Part shown: positions 1 to 14,667 of the stretch, in pieces
Layout: the number at the start of each line of letters is the position of its first letter
Position numbering within the stretch: the first letter of the stretch is position 1
NCBI GenBank assembly: GCA_951406725.2
Contig: OX597815.1
Location: 94,860,001 to 94,924,000 of the forward strand
Length of the DNA stretch: 64,000 nucleotides
Direction: 5' to 3'
Source of the DNA: Octopus vulgaris
Lineage: Eukaryota
Made by a program: the position numbers and the translations under genes
The notes under the pieces: model-generated
Databases searched by the model: none
What the model saw: only the letters and a program-made list of their open reading frames with translations
Told to the model about the DNA's origin: nothing

Positions 1-75
1 GGAACTGAAACATGTTATAATGTATATATAAAAATTAAAAATTGTATAATAACAGCATTTTCGAACTTCATTTTT

Positions 76-126
<51 letters not shown>

Positions 127-1027
127 ATCCATCTATCTCCCTCTCTCTCTCTATCTATCTATCTTTGCCCACACTAGTTATGTATATTTGAGTGAGTATA
201 TGAGGGTTTGCATGAAAGATTGTAAAAATGAGTATGCGTTAGTAAACAGGTGACTGTAATAAAGTAAACAAGTGAATTGTAGAATTTAGTTGTATACATC
301 TGTTTTACAACTATCTTCCTCTCTCCTCTCTCCCTCTACCTCTAAATATATACATGTATGTATATATTTTATACTTATATCCATATATATGTATGAGTTA
401 TATACATACATATTTGTTATATCGTTCCCTTGGTTAAGTCTCTGAGTTAAGTCCCTGTATGTATTCACTTATTCTTCATAGGTTCCATTATAATACATAC
501 AATATACATATATTTATAAATTACGCCTACTTATTAGATGGTCAGTATATTATTTTACCTTACATTACTTGTTCGACTTATTTCCTATTTCTGCCCCAAA
601 TAAATTTATTTTAAGTTTTCCTATTTGCCAAAATTGATGTTATTATCACTATAAATATATTATCTTATACTATATTTTTTAAATCACTTCTATTCATTTT
701 TGTCTGCTGTCATAATTTCATATCTGCGAATAGAAAAAAACGACCATTAATATAAAAATTATTTTTGAGGAAATCGAATAATAACAAATTTGCAAGTGAA
801 ATAGTCATTTGAGAATATAAAGAACTTATAGTAAAATATATTATTAAACATGCTTGAATCCTCTTATGTTTAAATACATTTGTCGTCTGATAGATTTATT
901 TGTTCTCAGCCTAACGTGTTTTATTTTCAAACTGTAATAATGTTATAAATTTATCCAATATATCTAAATGTCTTTGTATATATTCGTATTGAGGAAAAAC
1001 CATCAATTGAATTGAGATATACATAAT

Positions 1028-1078
<51 letters not shown>

Positions 1079-1624
1079 CGATTATATATACACGCACGCT
1101 CACGCAGATTCATGTACTCTTATTTGACGCTGGAATATTTTTGGTTATAAGTCTGCTTGCTCTGAGCTCTTTTTCAGAATAGAAAATACCAGAAGCAGCA
1201 CGGAAAAATCAAAAACAACATTAAACCAGATGACAGCAACATTGGCCAGTGAAAGAGGAAGCTTCCAGGTAATCGACCGGCCTACAAGAAAAAGCAGTCA
1301 AACTTGACAGGCGATTTGCAGTATAGGCGACTCGTCAGACTGAAACCGCTCTCTACAACAGGTGGAAGAAATAGGTAACGGTCAGTTGCATTTGTAAATA
1401 AAAAATAATTGTCCGTGATGCGGGTGGACGAGGTTATCTCCTTACACCGGCTCCGGCCATGGTGATGCTCGAAAGAGCTGCGGAAGAACTATTCAACGAA
1501 TGGGGAATTTCAAAATCTGAAGTAGGAAACGTTTTAGATAAGGTCATTGACTAAATACTTCTTTCCTGGAGTTTAAGAATGTACCCAAGTCGAGCGAGTT
1601 GTTTTTAGGATTCTTGTTCTCTAA

Positions 1625-1827
<203 letters not shown>

Positions 1828-2559
1828 CAATCGGGCACCAGCATTGAGGGTTGATGCCTGATTTCACTGCAGCAGAATAGTCTTGGTGAAAGGTCATGAG
1901 TATAAAACCAAAAGTTTTGGCACTTTTTATTGAATGTAATGACATACCTCTGTTTGTTTTGAATCGCTATCATTGTTGCAACGACGAAAGTGTTTTAGTT
2001 GGAACATATAGTTTCAGTTGACATTATTACTATTCAAATCCTTATTGTTGAGAAAAATAAAAACTACATGTGTATTTTGAAATTATTCAGATAGGGGTGT
2101 ACGATGTATTATGAAATACTGAACGATTTAAAAATGTCAAGACTGAGATAAGGTTTACTTACAAAGTACAATGTTGTCAGAATATTGTCGCACTCTGGAA
2201 TATCCGGTGATCAGGGAATTAGGCACTAGCGCATTACAGCTCCCACTCAGGTAGATGTTGAAAAATGTAATGAAAATATCTTGGTTGTGACGTTCAAGCA
2301 ACTACTGATGCTATTATGACTAAGACGATTGCCATCTGAAGCAGTAAGCTTGTATGCCTAAGAGTTTCGGCATATGCACTTTAGAAATTTGAAGAACTTT
2401 GCAAGCTGGAAAACAAAATCTGTGTAGTCCATGAACTCCCTAGTTTATAAATCTCTTAATTTCAAATTCAACTTTCTAATTCCGACTAGTATTATGAAGA
2501 AATGAATTTCATTGTGATACCTACGATTACTAGGGGAAACATGCGTTCTGTTCTATGTT

Positions 2560-3450
2560 CTAAAGCAAAGGAAACTTCAGGCCTCTGGTTTGAACATCGT
2601 TAGGCGCTGATAATCCATCAAAGTGTGAAGAATGATGCATTACGTCTGACAATTGAACAAATATCAGTTGTCACCTCTTAGATCATAGCCAAAGGTGTAG
2701 TCTCTTAATCTCCTATTCGCGACCACTCTTATGCAATTGATTAGTGTGTGGTTTCACATACTACTGAGTTTGGAATGGGAACCTGATTAAGCAGTAAAGC
2801 GAGAAATGAGAATATTATACGTGTACTAAATGGTGAAATAATATAATCTTGTGAGGTGAACAAATTTGAATAGTTATTGTGAGTATACACCTGTGCCATT
2901 CTCTCCTGTTTGTGAGCTGGATTGAATTGAAATCTGAAGAAAACTACTTATCATATCAGCAGAATTTTATGCATGAGTTCATATCCCGGAAGTTAGATGA
3001 TAATATTGACAGGACTCAGTTCCTTTCGTGGATGCTTAATAGATGCATTATAACCCATCATGAATACATTTGCACTATTCAGGAACAGGAGGGAGAGAGA
3101 AAGAACTATTAAATGCATAATCAATAAAAGAGATTATGGTGCATAATGTTCTCCATGTTGAGATTGAAAACACCGTTTGAGCCATATCAGTGTGCAGTGC
3201 AAGATATCACTCACATCATCATCAGTTGATCAAAATATTCCTGCAAGTTCAATGTACCCCCTCGCGAAAAATGAAATTGCTACCAAAACTATTTACAATG
3301 CTATCCGGAAGAACGATTGTTCTGATAGTCATAGCAAAGATACACAAGAATGAGAATGAATCAACCTCGTTGATTCATAAAGAATACTGGGGGAAGTTTC
3401 CAATAAAAAAGCTGATAGAGCTGATATTTTATATTTTACCAGAAAGGAAA
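2560..3450 (+). pseudogene. Possible degenerate YqaJ/lambda-exonuclease-like ORF relic (type carried by ISL2EU-like transposons)
   Basis: Scattered motif-like peptides in the expected order: TSGLWFEHR (2573-2600), HHQLIKIFLQVQC and KEYWGKFPIKKLIELIFYILPE (ORF 3190-3510). Many stops and frameshifts. Confidence 0.35.
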
Positions 3451-5029
3451 GTTGTAGAAGTGAATCTCCCAATGGTTATGCATGCCATGCCTGAGGCTTC
3501 AGAAAAATAGAAGTATATGGAGAGCTATAGTGCATATAATCATTCGCAATCTTGTGCACAAAGATAGTTACACAACTTGCATGATTGTAAATACATCCAC
3601 ACATACAGCAGCATATGTCATACATTAACTCACAACTTCATGGATCCAATTTGACTCAAATAAATAGGTTTTGTGAATTTATCAGTATCCGACTTGCATT
3701 TTTTGAATTGCTTCAATAAACCTAAAATACAATCATAAATACATTTACCCTTGTGAAAATGAATACATAACACTAAAGACACTGAAATCGAAAGATGAAG
3801 TTAATGTGTTGTTAGAAACTAAAAATGAAAATGTAATGATCTAATATTCTTATTTGGGGCCAATCAAAATATGTTCTGTTGTAAAATCTAGCTTGCTTAG
3901 TTGACAAGCAATATGATTTATTTCAGTGGTTTGTCTTGTTGAACTCATTGAAATCATAAATTTACTACAAGAACTTCACTTCAGATTTCCCGATAATCTC
4001 TTGTAGAAGGTAACTAGCGACTGTCTATCAATCGCAAGATAAATGTACTATGGATTATCTCTCACACTAGAGACGGTGTTGGGTTTTGCACAAATAATAT
4101 GGTAAACTTCATGCGGAATGCAAAATATCATGCAAAATATCGAATTGACAAAAACGTACTCATCAACACAAGTTAACTGCCAGTCTACGGATGTGCCGTC
4201 TCCACAGTTGGTTTAATATATGACTTCTACATATGTTTCTACTCCATGTAACTAGCTAGTTGCATACCACCTTCGCTGAACCTCACCCGACTGACATTTA
4301 TCTAATCTTTAAGTTCAAACCATTCTCTAGAATTCTTTTTCACTCGACATTTTTTAGGCGCTCTCTTTCAGATGTTCAAACTGATCATTAAACAAAAGTC
4401 TTGGAGAATCAGTAAAGTTCAAGGTCACAATTCTTTCTGGTTGAATATAGGTATTATACCTTGTAGGTATTATAGTAATATTAAATATAAAGTAGATAGT
4501 AAGATACTTCTGATAAAACAACGAATAAATATTTCAACAAACTCTAGAATAGAGTCTATGTCACATAATAGTAAGACATATAATCATGATAGAATGCAAA
4601 ATGTATTAAGCGTGATAACGCTTCGAGTGCTAAGGATGTTTGCTTCCATGGAATTTATTATTATCACTAGGGAATATTGCTCTTGAAATTATAAAAATAT
4701 TAATAGGAAAAAATGTAGAACCCATAAAATTTCCAGGTATAATTCTCTCTTCTGGTAATATAAAATTCCTACTCCGCAACTTATTCAAATTATTCGAAAG
4801 AAATATCTCTCGTTATTATAAATATCATAAAACATTTAATAGGAAATATATTAAGTTCGTATATTCAACTACACTAATCTCGCACCTATAGCAGCTACTA
4901 CAAATACAGGTAAAATTAGAAGTTTTCATAGAGGAATAATCATAACAAGAATGTTTCTATTAATCCTTTTGAGAGTTGCACTATACTCTAACTCTTGGTA
5001 AACTATCACGATGTTTCTCCGTAATATGA

Positions 5030-5630
5030 TGATTCTCTGATTCCCCTGTAAGAAGCAATTGTGAAGGTTAATTGAGCCATTTAATTTAAATGTAGCTTCA
5101 CTAGCCCATACGATCTTTGTTAGAAAGTGAACATCTACACATCTTTCTAAGTGCTATTCACAAAACTCCAGTCTTCGATCCGGATCATCTTCATTGAGAG
5201 CATGGACTATTCTCGGATTGTTATTTTCCTATGACAGCGCTTCAAAGTGCGATGAACGCTTGAATTTGAAATTTCTATCCTGTGAAACATTTACCACACG
5301 AATTTTCGTGAACTCTCGCTATACATTTCTAGAAGCATTTCTGGCTTTGTGGGTCTTTTGGACATCCACTGCCCTCTGGAACGTTTTTTTTTTGTGAACA
5401 TTCTGAATAGTTCCAACTACTTGATTAGTAGGTGGGTTCTTCTTTAAACTCCCTCCTAAAGTGTGTTCGGCCTTCGGCTACGTATTCTAACTTCCCGCTA
5501 TTCTTAAGGATACATTTTCAACGCTTAATGTGGCTCCTTCAATTATCTCTAATGGGTTAAATCTAGAACGAAATAAAAGTTAGGAAAGATATCAGCCGTT
5601 AAAGTGTGTATGCATTTTTTGTGACACTCT
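5030..5630 (-). mobile_element. Tc1/mariner transposon 5' relic (degenerate transposase N-terminus)
   Basis: The minus strand translates to HALNEDDPDRRLEFCE* and [21 protein letters not shown] (region of the first catalytic D). A TIR-like end TAAAGAGTGTCACAAAAAA lies at ~5614-5632. Confidence 0.75.
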
Positions 5631-6311
5631 TTATATATCTAAATCTACAAACCCCTATATTTGTCTATCTACATACTCATATATGTGTATGCATTTATGT
5701 AAATATATACGTATAAATAAACGTGACTGATACAAACTTAAAATTTATGTCTTGAAGCGTTTATATAAAATAATATATGATATATTCAAATCCCATTAAT
5801 TTGTCTATTTATTTATGCAAAGGAAAACAAGAGCACCAACAAATTATGTAAATTTGAAATCAAAAGAGTAACAACGCGTATAACGGAAAATAATATCGGC
5901 TGAAAAAGTAAAATAAAATATATATTTTCATATTAATTCTATTCCTGGTATTCAGTGTAAGTGCACTGAAATTGTAAAGTAATAATGATAGGAAAATTAG
6001 TTATAATTGCAAAGATATTTCATTCAAGTAAACTTATATGGTATTAATGGCATTGATGTATGTCTGTAAATATCGGTATTTCAATAAATAACTCACTTAA
6101 ATATGCACACAAACATAAATACGCTCGCATATACATACATACATGCATACATACATACATACATACATAATACATACATATATATATATATTTATGTCTA
6201 TATCTATCTATCTATCTATCTATCATATATATATATATACATATACATACAAGTATATTTGAGTGTGCAATATATAGATATATATATGTATATATGTTTA
6301 TATATATATAT

Positions 6312-6358
<47 letters not shown>

Positions 6359-7182
6359 TGTTTGTTTTTATGTCCACTTATAATAAAAACAATTTTACAT
6401 TAATTTGATGGGTTACTCTATACTTTTGCAGAGTACAAATTGCTTATAGAACATTGAATACCTAGAATGATACATAAACATACAACCTTGGCTTAAGTAC
6501 TTTGGTGAGCATGAAAGCACAAGAGAAAATAACTTTCTATGCTAACAAAGTCATGACACGCTTGACAAATAACTCCAGCCTTATAAATGAAATCACGAAA
6601 TGCCCTAAATAGCTACTAGTAAGGAAATGACTAGCTAAAACTTACCATTTGTGACAAAAAGTTGACACACCCAATTACTAAAGGCTTCAATACTGGATTT
6701 TCTACCTTTATCAAAGCAAAGTGATTAAATCAAATAATACCCAAAGCAACAAGAATAGTTTTATACTTTGGGCCTACCTAACAAATGAGGAATACCTACA
6801 GGCTTGTTCAGAAAGTTCTACATGCTTGAATAAATTCGAAACAACAACAGTTTATTCAATAAATATATTTTCAAAACACCTTCCCGTAACAGCCAAAATA
6901 AAAGCCTATTTACCAACCCTCTCAGAACCACACACCCAAAGATGTTTTTAACTAAACAGAAACTATATAAATATATGCGGGTGTGTGTGCGCGTGCGTAC
7001 GTATGTACGTGATTGAGTAAGTGCCTCTGTGTCACTTTTGGGGCGCGCGCGTGTGTGTATTATTTTGATGTCAACATTTTATTTTCCCTGAAGTCTACTC
7101 TCGTACAGACTATTTGAAAATACGCAATGTGTGTGTATGCCTACATATATATATTCACACACACATACATACACACACATAC

Positions 7183-7335
7183 GTATGCGACAGGCTTCTT
7201 TCAGTTTCCCTCTACCAATTCCACTTACAAGGCTTTGGTCGTCCCGAGGCTATACTAGTTGCCCAAGGTACCACGCAATGGGACTGAACCCGGAGCCACG
7301 TGGTTGGGAAGCAAGCATCTTACCACACAGTCACT
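7183..7335 (-). mobile_element. tRNA-derived SINE, family A, 5' part
   Basis: Reverse complement matches 55395-55560 and 29757-29845; A-box-like TGTGTGGTAAG and B-box-like GGTTCAGTCC. Confidence 0.8.
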
Positions 7336-7530
7336 ACATATTTATATCTATATTTATATTTGTATGTATATATGGATATATGCATGCCTGTATGTACTCA
7401 TGTATGTATGCATATGTATGTATGTCTATCTATATATATATGTATATGTGTATACATATATGTATATAAATATATATTGCGTGTGTGTTGCATGTGCGTG
7501 TGTGTCTGTGTTGCGTGTGTATGTGTGTGC

Positions 7531-7567
<37 letters not shown>

Positions 7568-7572
7568 AGTGA

Positions 7573-7605
<33 letters not shown>

Positions 7606-8193
7606 ACAATTGGTTATTGAGATAACTGACACTTGACCCCTAGACAGACAAAATCTGGCTGACGGCTATAATTTGGCAGACAACAAACTTTTGGAAGTGA
7701 TGGAATAATAGAAGTATGTCTAAGTTTTCTTATCTAAATGGCTGATGGAATAGGTAGGTATACTCTAAGAACCATAAAATATTAATGAAGAGTACAGTTC
7801 TAAAAACCTTTTGCTGATACAGAAAATGTTAACCAGCCAGTAATATATTACAGCGTCAGAAAAAAATTTCTGCTTTTCTTTACTTTTTCTTCCTTGAACA
7901 GTTAATTCTCAGATGCTTGCAACATGTAATTGCGATTCCGTAACCTCATCTAATTCGGTATATGTATATATTTCCAATAATTCAAGTGCTATATTTTTTA
8001 TTCGTAATTCTCATGGTTCCAATTCGATCTGTTTCGTTTGAATGGCAGTTGGAGAATACGCGTTAGATGTATATATTATTGCATAGTATGGCAAAACTGA
8101 TGAGGTCGAATTCAGATTAAATTGATGTATGAAAATGACTTGCTCACTCCATCCTGTATGCATATGTATGTGTGTATGTACGTATGTATGTAC

Positions 8194-8268
<75 letters not shown>

Positions 8269-8405
8269 CATACATAAATACATACATATATACATACATA
8301 CATACATACATACATACATACATACATACATACATACATACATACATACATACACACATACATATGCATACAGAATGGAGTGACCAAATCATATATATAT
8401 ATATT

Positions 8406-8585
8406 TGGCGGCGAGCTGGCAGAAACGTTAGCGCGCCGGGCGAAATGCTTAGCGGTATTTCGTCTGTCGTTACGTTGTGAGTTCAAATTTCGCCGAGGTC
8501 GACTTTGCCTTTCATCCTTTCGGACTTAATCCCTTTGTCTGTCCTTGTTTGTCTGTCCTTGTCCTATGTTTAGCCCCTTGTAAAG

Positions 8586-8590
<5 letters not shown>
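8406..8590 (+). mobile_element. SINE family B
   Basis: GGCGGCGAGCTGGCAGAAACG...GAGTTCAAAT...GTCGACTTTGCCTTTCATCC; related copies at 45258-45470 and 46190-46520. Confidence 0.75.
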
Positions 8591-8630
<40 letters not shown>

Positions 8631-8869
8631 TTACTAGGAAGAGGTTATTAGATTAAAGCAATCCCAATACTTAAGTGGTGATAATTTATTTAGCAGCCCT
8701 GGATTGATGAAGGCAAATTTGATTTGGGCAGAAGTTGAACTCAGAGCAGATCTTGAACAAATACTTCGCTTTTATCTGTTTGACCCTGTATAGATTTTAG
8801 CAATCCACCACTTTCTCTCCCCCCTCCCGTCACATATATATACTTTGTAACCGTATTCTTACTTACGAG

Positions 8870-10403
8870 ATCCGGACAAAATTCCCCTAGGACAAAACCT
8901 TCCTAGGACAAAAGCCCCTCGGACAAAACCCCACTCGGACAAAACACCCGTAGGTCAAGTGTGAAAGAGGACAAAACCTCCTGAGTTATATATTTCATTT
9001 TTTCTTTTCCCTTTTTACTTATTTCAGCCATTAAACTGTGGCCATGCTGGAGCACCGCTTGGAAGAACTTTTAGTCGAATGTATCGACCCTCAGAATTTT
9101 TTAAAGCTTGGTACTTATTTTATCACGCTTTTTTTTTAACGACAAAAATCGGCATTTTAAAAACTTAAATCCCACCCTAACCAATTTTTCATTTTTCACA
9201 TTTTTGACGAAAATTTATTGGGGGTTCCAAGTAGATATAGAGATTATAAATCTGAAAAAGACCTTTTACTAAAATTAAAAATACCTCCTCCCGACCTACC
9301 CACATCCACACTTATATTCCTAATGTTTTTAAACTCGTTCACTTAAAAGGCACTCGTTAAATTTTTTCCTGTTTGAACTTTGTGAGTTTATATGGCGCAG
9401 GAGATAGGAGAATTGTAATTTATTTGATAAACTTCAAGAGTATATCGCAAACTTCCATTTTTAAAAATTCGCTACAAAAAATATATTGTTATTTTTCGCG
9501 AAAAACAAAACAAAAACAAAAAAACAAAACAAAAGCAACGAGAAAAAACAAAATCAAATTCATTGAGAAGATTTCCAGTTACAGAATAGCTGAAGCTAGG
9601 ATTCAGAACCGAATCCACATTTAATTGTCAAACAAATTCAGTCTTGTTTTTTCTCATCTTTGAACTTAGAGGACTTGACCATTCGATCATTCTCCGGTCA
9701 TGGAAGAGTTGAAAGCATGGCTTGTCACGCGCGAGAGTGGAATTATCTTTCGGCTAGGCGCCGCTCTGGCCGAAAAGCAGGTGCTGATGAAGATGACGAT
9801 GACGATGAATATTTTTGAATTGTAAAACACATTTCTTGAAGTAAATACCTTTCCTTTTTTCAAGTTAAAATTTCGAAAATATGTACATTGAGTAGTAAAG
9901 TCTCTTGCGTTCTGTTATTTCATTCTACTTATATATTTTCGATTGACTAGTGGGGGTAGCCTCATGTATTGGAAGCTACATATCCTTCCTAGCAGGCCCC
10001 TACCAATTCTAGATTCCCAGGGCAATGCCCCGTCTACTCACCCATAATCCGGCCCTGTATGGGATCTCTGTTGCCGAAAACGTCGGAATCTGAAAAAGAA
10101 CAAAAAATTTCTTTTAAGGCTTAAAAGAAATTCTGGGGTGAAATACATTCGACTAATAATTTTTCAAAACGGTGCCCCAGCAGGCTGCATTCTAATGACT
10201 GAAATAAGTAGAAAGGGGAAAAACCGGAAAGAGGTGCGGTATTTATTGCACACCTCTGCCAAAAATATAACTGAGGGAATTTTGTCTTCTTTTGCACTTT
10301 AACTAAGGAGGTTTTGCGCGGGGGTGTTTTGCCCGAGGGAGGTTTTTTCCCAGGAGGTTTTGACTCAATGTGTTTTGTCCTAGGGGAATTTTGTCCTACA
10401 TTC
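8870..10403. mobile_element. Non-autonomous foldback/Mutator-like DNA element with long modular TIRs
   Basis: GGACAAAATTCCCCTAGGACAAAAC from 8874 is the inverse of GTTTTGTCCTAGGGGAATTTTGTCC ending ~10397. Both ends have ~16-bp GGACAAAAC-based subrepeats. No TSD or ORF found. Confidence 0.7.
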
Positions 10404-11925
10404 TATGCAGATACGTACTCCCACAAATACATACATGCTCATTGACTGTCATATACATATTTAAATATGTATGCTCACATTATATGTAGACAAGCATTTC
10501 TGTGAAGACACAAGAATATAGATGTATGTTCTGCAAGATTGCAAGATGGAAATAGATAAAAATTCGGTTTGATGAAAATATATAAAAATATGAATATAAA
10601 ATTATTTACCAGTAAGAACACTTGTATCTAAGTTAATAATTAACGATGTTCTGTTATAACAGTGAGTTGGGCGGTTATATATTTTGTTTGCAAAATCCAC
10701 GTAGATACCCATAAACACACACTGACACAAATACACGCACAATTACGCGTCTCTAGAAGTTCAAATTTTTATAATATATATAAAGAGAAATGTTATATTG
10801 GGAAAAATATATAAATATAAAATAATATAAATTTAAGATTAAAATAATATCGTTGTTTTATTTGAAAATTTAAAAGTTTGGTAATATGAATGCGTTCTTG
10901 ATTTCTATTTGGATGTGGAATATAGAAATTCCCAATCATGTGTCGTCGAATCCCGACATTTCTGAGATATTTCGGATTTTGCTTTGAAGTAATTCCAATA
11001 CATGTGTGTGTGTTACCTATACGAGGAGGCATTAAGTGGCAGCACAGTCACAGACCGAGTACTTCCTGTTTCTTATATGTTATTCGATGTGCTGAAATCT
11101 AGCGTATTTCTTTAATTAGTCGATGTCATTTTCTAATTTTTTTAGCAATGTTTTTGAAAAAGTAATTAAGATTGCAATATTTTTGTTTGAATACCACTAT
11201 CTGTTATTTGTTCCATTCTATAATCTGGTAGACATAATTCAAGCTTCGTATACTATTGCTTCCGCGTTTCACGATATACAAAAAATAAAAAAAGGCCGAT
11301 GAATTTTATAAATGTGTAAGTGCTATCACTTTTTAAATGTTAAATGTTATGACAATTAAATATTTGTGGTTTATGACGGAGTGTTTCTGTATAAACGCTA
11401 ATGCATTCTTTCATATGTTGGACTTCACGTTAAGTAAGAAGTAAGTGTAAATTCTTGCTGTCGTTTTTGTTAGTGTACAAAGTTAGGTATACATGCTCTT
11501 TCCCTTTAAATAGTAGTCTTGTCAACGAAGTAGTATATATTGCTTGATAAGATATTTAAAAGTTCAAATTCTCAGTGGATTTCGTCAGCTATTTTTAAAG
11601 ATTAGATTCATTATAAAATATATTGCCCTAAAATCGATCATTTGATTTTTAACGGAATTTTGAAAGTTTTTCTTTACGCTGTGCTTAACCTCAGTAAACC
11701 ACAGTTCTTTAACACACATGTAATACATGTGAAATCTTATCGTAGGATAGCACACATATGCACACCTAAATCTACAACATATATACGAGGTATACCTTGT
11801 GCAGGTATGCCTAACGACCTGGAGCAATACATATACACACAAATGTTATTTAAGAACAATTTTATTCGACTCCATGCCAATTAGTTTCATAGGCACACAC
11901 ATGCATACACACACACATGCGTGCA

Positions 11926-12095
11926 TAATTTATACATGTATGTGTATAAATTATATCATACTTGTATATGTGTGTATTTATATATATATATATATAAATA
12001 CACACATATACAAGTATGATATAATGTATACACATACATGTACACATACATAATTTATACATGTATGTGTATAAATTATATCATACTTGTATATG

Positions 12096-12130
<35 letters not shown>

Positions 12131-12220
12131 TATGTGTATACATTATATCATATATATATATATATAAATACACACATATACAAGTATGATATAATTTATA
12201 CACATACATGTATAAATTAT
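11926..12220. repeat. Two tandem fold-back palindromes, each centred on (TA)n
   Basis: Unit ATACATGTATGTGTATAAATTATATCATACTTGTATATG occurs +,-,+,- around two TA tracts. Confidence 0.85.
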
Positions 12221-12496
12221 ATTGCAATGTATATGAATGAAAACGCATATACAAGAGTGTACAAAGAAAAGCGCGTGTTTTTGGGACTCCTACATAGTGA
12301 ATTTATAATGCAACATATTATACACCATAAATCAGCCAGCTGCTCTCTAATAGATATAGACATTCCTCTTACAGTACGAAATTTTTTTCATTGTAGATAT
12401 ATAATCCTGCATAAGAACACTGTTATTGTGACTTAGATTTGTAGATTGGAGTTTGATAAGAATAAATGGGATAGAAAATAATCTCCAGAATTACAG

Positions 12497-12572
12497 ATTG
12501 CAATTAGTACTGGGTCGATTACAATTAGTATTTGGTTGATTGTAATTAGCGTGTGGATGATTGCAATTAGCG
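12497..12572 (+). repeat. 21-bp minisatellite, ~4 degenerate units
   Basis: GATTRYAATTAG recurs every 21 bp. Confidence 0.8.
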
Positions 12573-12914
12573 CACGAATTACAAAAATAAAAAATAAAAA
12601 TAAGGCATGGTCGATACCATTGGATCTTATAAAAACATCTCTATCTCAGAGAATCATGGGATATACATACATAAACAAAATACAAAAGTAATAAAAAGAA
12701 AGAAGTTGATGCAGGTGTCATTGCTTTGTGCAGAGATCAAGTATACTTTGTGTTCGAGTGTTGCCATATGTGGGATTATTAGAGAGAAGATGGAAATATT
12801 TTGCACGTATATTAATATAATCTCTCTTTTAAAAACCTAATCACAAGGAAGACAATTACGTCTTTGAAGATTTTCCGGAATTCCAATACACCAGGAAGTA
12901 AGGAAAAAGTTCTC

Positions 12915-13096
<182 letters not shown>

Positions 13097-13812
13097 ACAT
13101 ACATGATCCCTGTAGCATAAATAAATAAAGTGTTCCTCTGATGATCAGTTGAGGTAAGCATCCAACTACACTCGGAAGATCACGTGTTTTAGTTCCTAAC
13201 AACCACGACAGGGAAACGTACATCGGCAAAAATATATAAACGTGTGCAACATAACTCCTCAAATAACACACATATATATAAATATATGCACACACACTCA
13301 CACATATAGAGAGAGACGCAGATATAGACATACAGATATGTATGTAGACTTATGTACACATTCTTATGCTTGTGTGTGTGAATGCATGCGAGTGTCTACG
13401 ATTGGATGTGTGCGGTTCTGTGCGATTATTGACATCTACATCCATATGTGTTTGCGTGTGTCCATTATATACCGCAAATTATGTGAAGAAAATAAATGTT
13501 CGCTGGAGATAAACTTCAGAAAAAAATTCATAAATAAAACAAACCATATTGCTCTAAATTATCCTGCTTATATACTTTTTATTTCGCTAGTAGGATTTAA
13601 GTTGCCAATATTTGTTTAGTCGTTACATTTAATAGTTTCTTACTCAGCTATGTAAAAGCAAGTAACCGTCATTTCAAAGATTACATTTAAGATGTAGTTT
13701 CATTCAAAACATTAACATTCAACCAGAAGTATTTGATTTTTTTCTCCTGCTTCTTTTTAAACTACTCTAAATTTGACTAAGATGTACTTAGTTCTAGTGT
13801 GTCCATTTACTT

Positions 13813-13871
<59 letters not shown>

Positions 13872-14667
13872 TTGATAAAGCTTGGCTTGTACGATAAGAA
13901 CTTTATCGAATGTCTGCTTATCGATTTCTCCCCCTTCTCTTCCTTCGTTTTTATCTGCTATTCTAGTGTACTTTACATCGCATATCTTTTTTAAACCATG
14001 TAAATCGCACACTCTATCAACACTCCCCTCTTTATACTCGCACACATATATATAGACATATGCATACGCACACATAGATACACGTATAATATATTTATAG
14101 GCATATATACGCATATATATATAAGCCTATACATACACATATATATATGATTATATATAATGTGATTATATATATATGTATATATATATGTACACACAAC
14201 ACACGATATACATATATTTGTATGCTTGTGTGTATTTAATACACACATGTATGTATATAAGTATGTATGTATGTACGTATGTATGTATGTATCTATGTAT
14301 GTATGTAGAACTAAGACTTCAATATCAAGATCAGGTGAGAAAAAACTATTGTGACAAACTTCTTACGTTCTAGTCACGTTTTTCAGTGAGATTTTCAAGG
14401 GTTGCAATTTGAAGAGAAATGGAGACAGAGAATAGAAAACACCCACTGAAGTAGTAACTATACCGGATATTTGTAACTGTGTGATAGTTGCTGCTGTTGT
14501 ATTCAGACTTGCACGGTTATATTCGGGAAACATTTTCTTTTCGTATATCTTTCAGAAAAGTGAACGTTGCTGTTCATTATTGACGGCAATCTAATCGATT
14601 TTCCTTGTAATTATTGTATTATTATGATATTTATTATAGCAGTCTACATGCGTTATATGGTATACGA

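Noticed and set aside
6430-6950. Possible PLE RT relic
   Set aside because: Only a vague DF.P-like resemblance; cannot be supported without a search.
8090-8125. CUGAUGAG motif
   Set aside because: No correctly placed GAAA or stems; chance match.
12497-12572. CRISPR-like repeat/spacer pattern
   Set aside because: 12-bp degenerate core with 9-bp related spacers, eukaryotic context and no cas genes; it is a minisatellite.
13170-13227. HHR-like CGGAAGA...GAAACGUACAUC
   Set aside because: Core is mutated and stems I and III do not pair convincingly.
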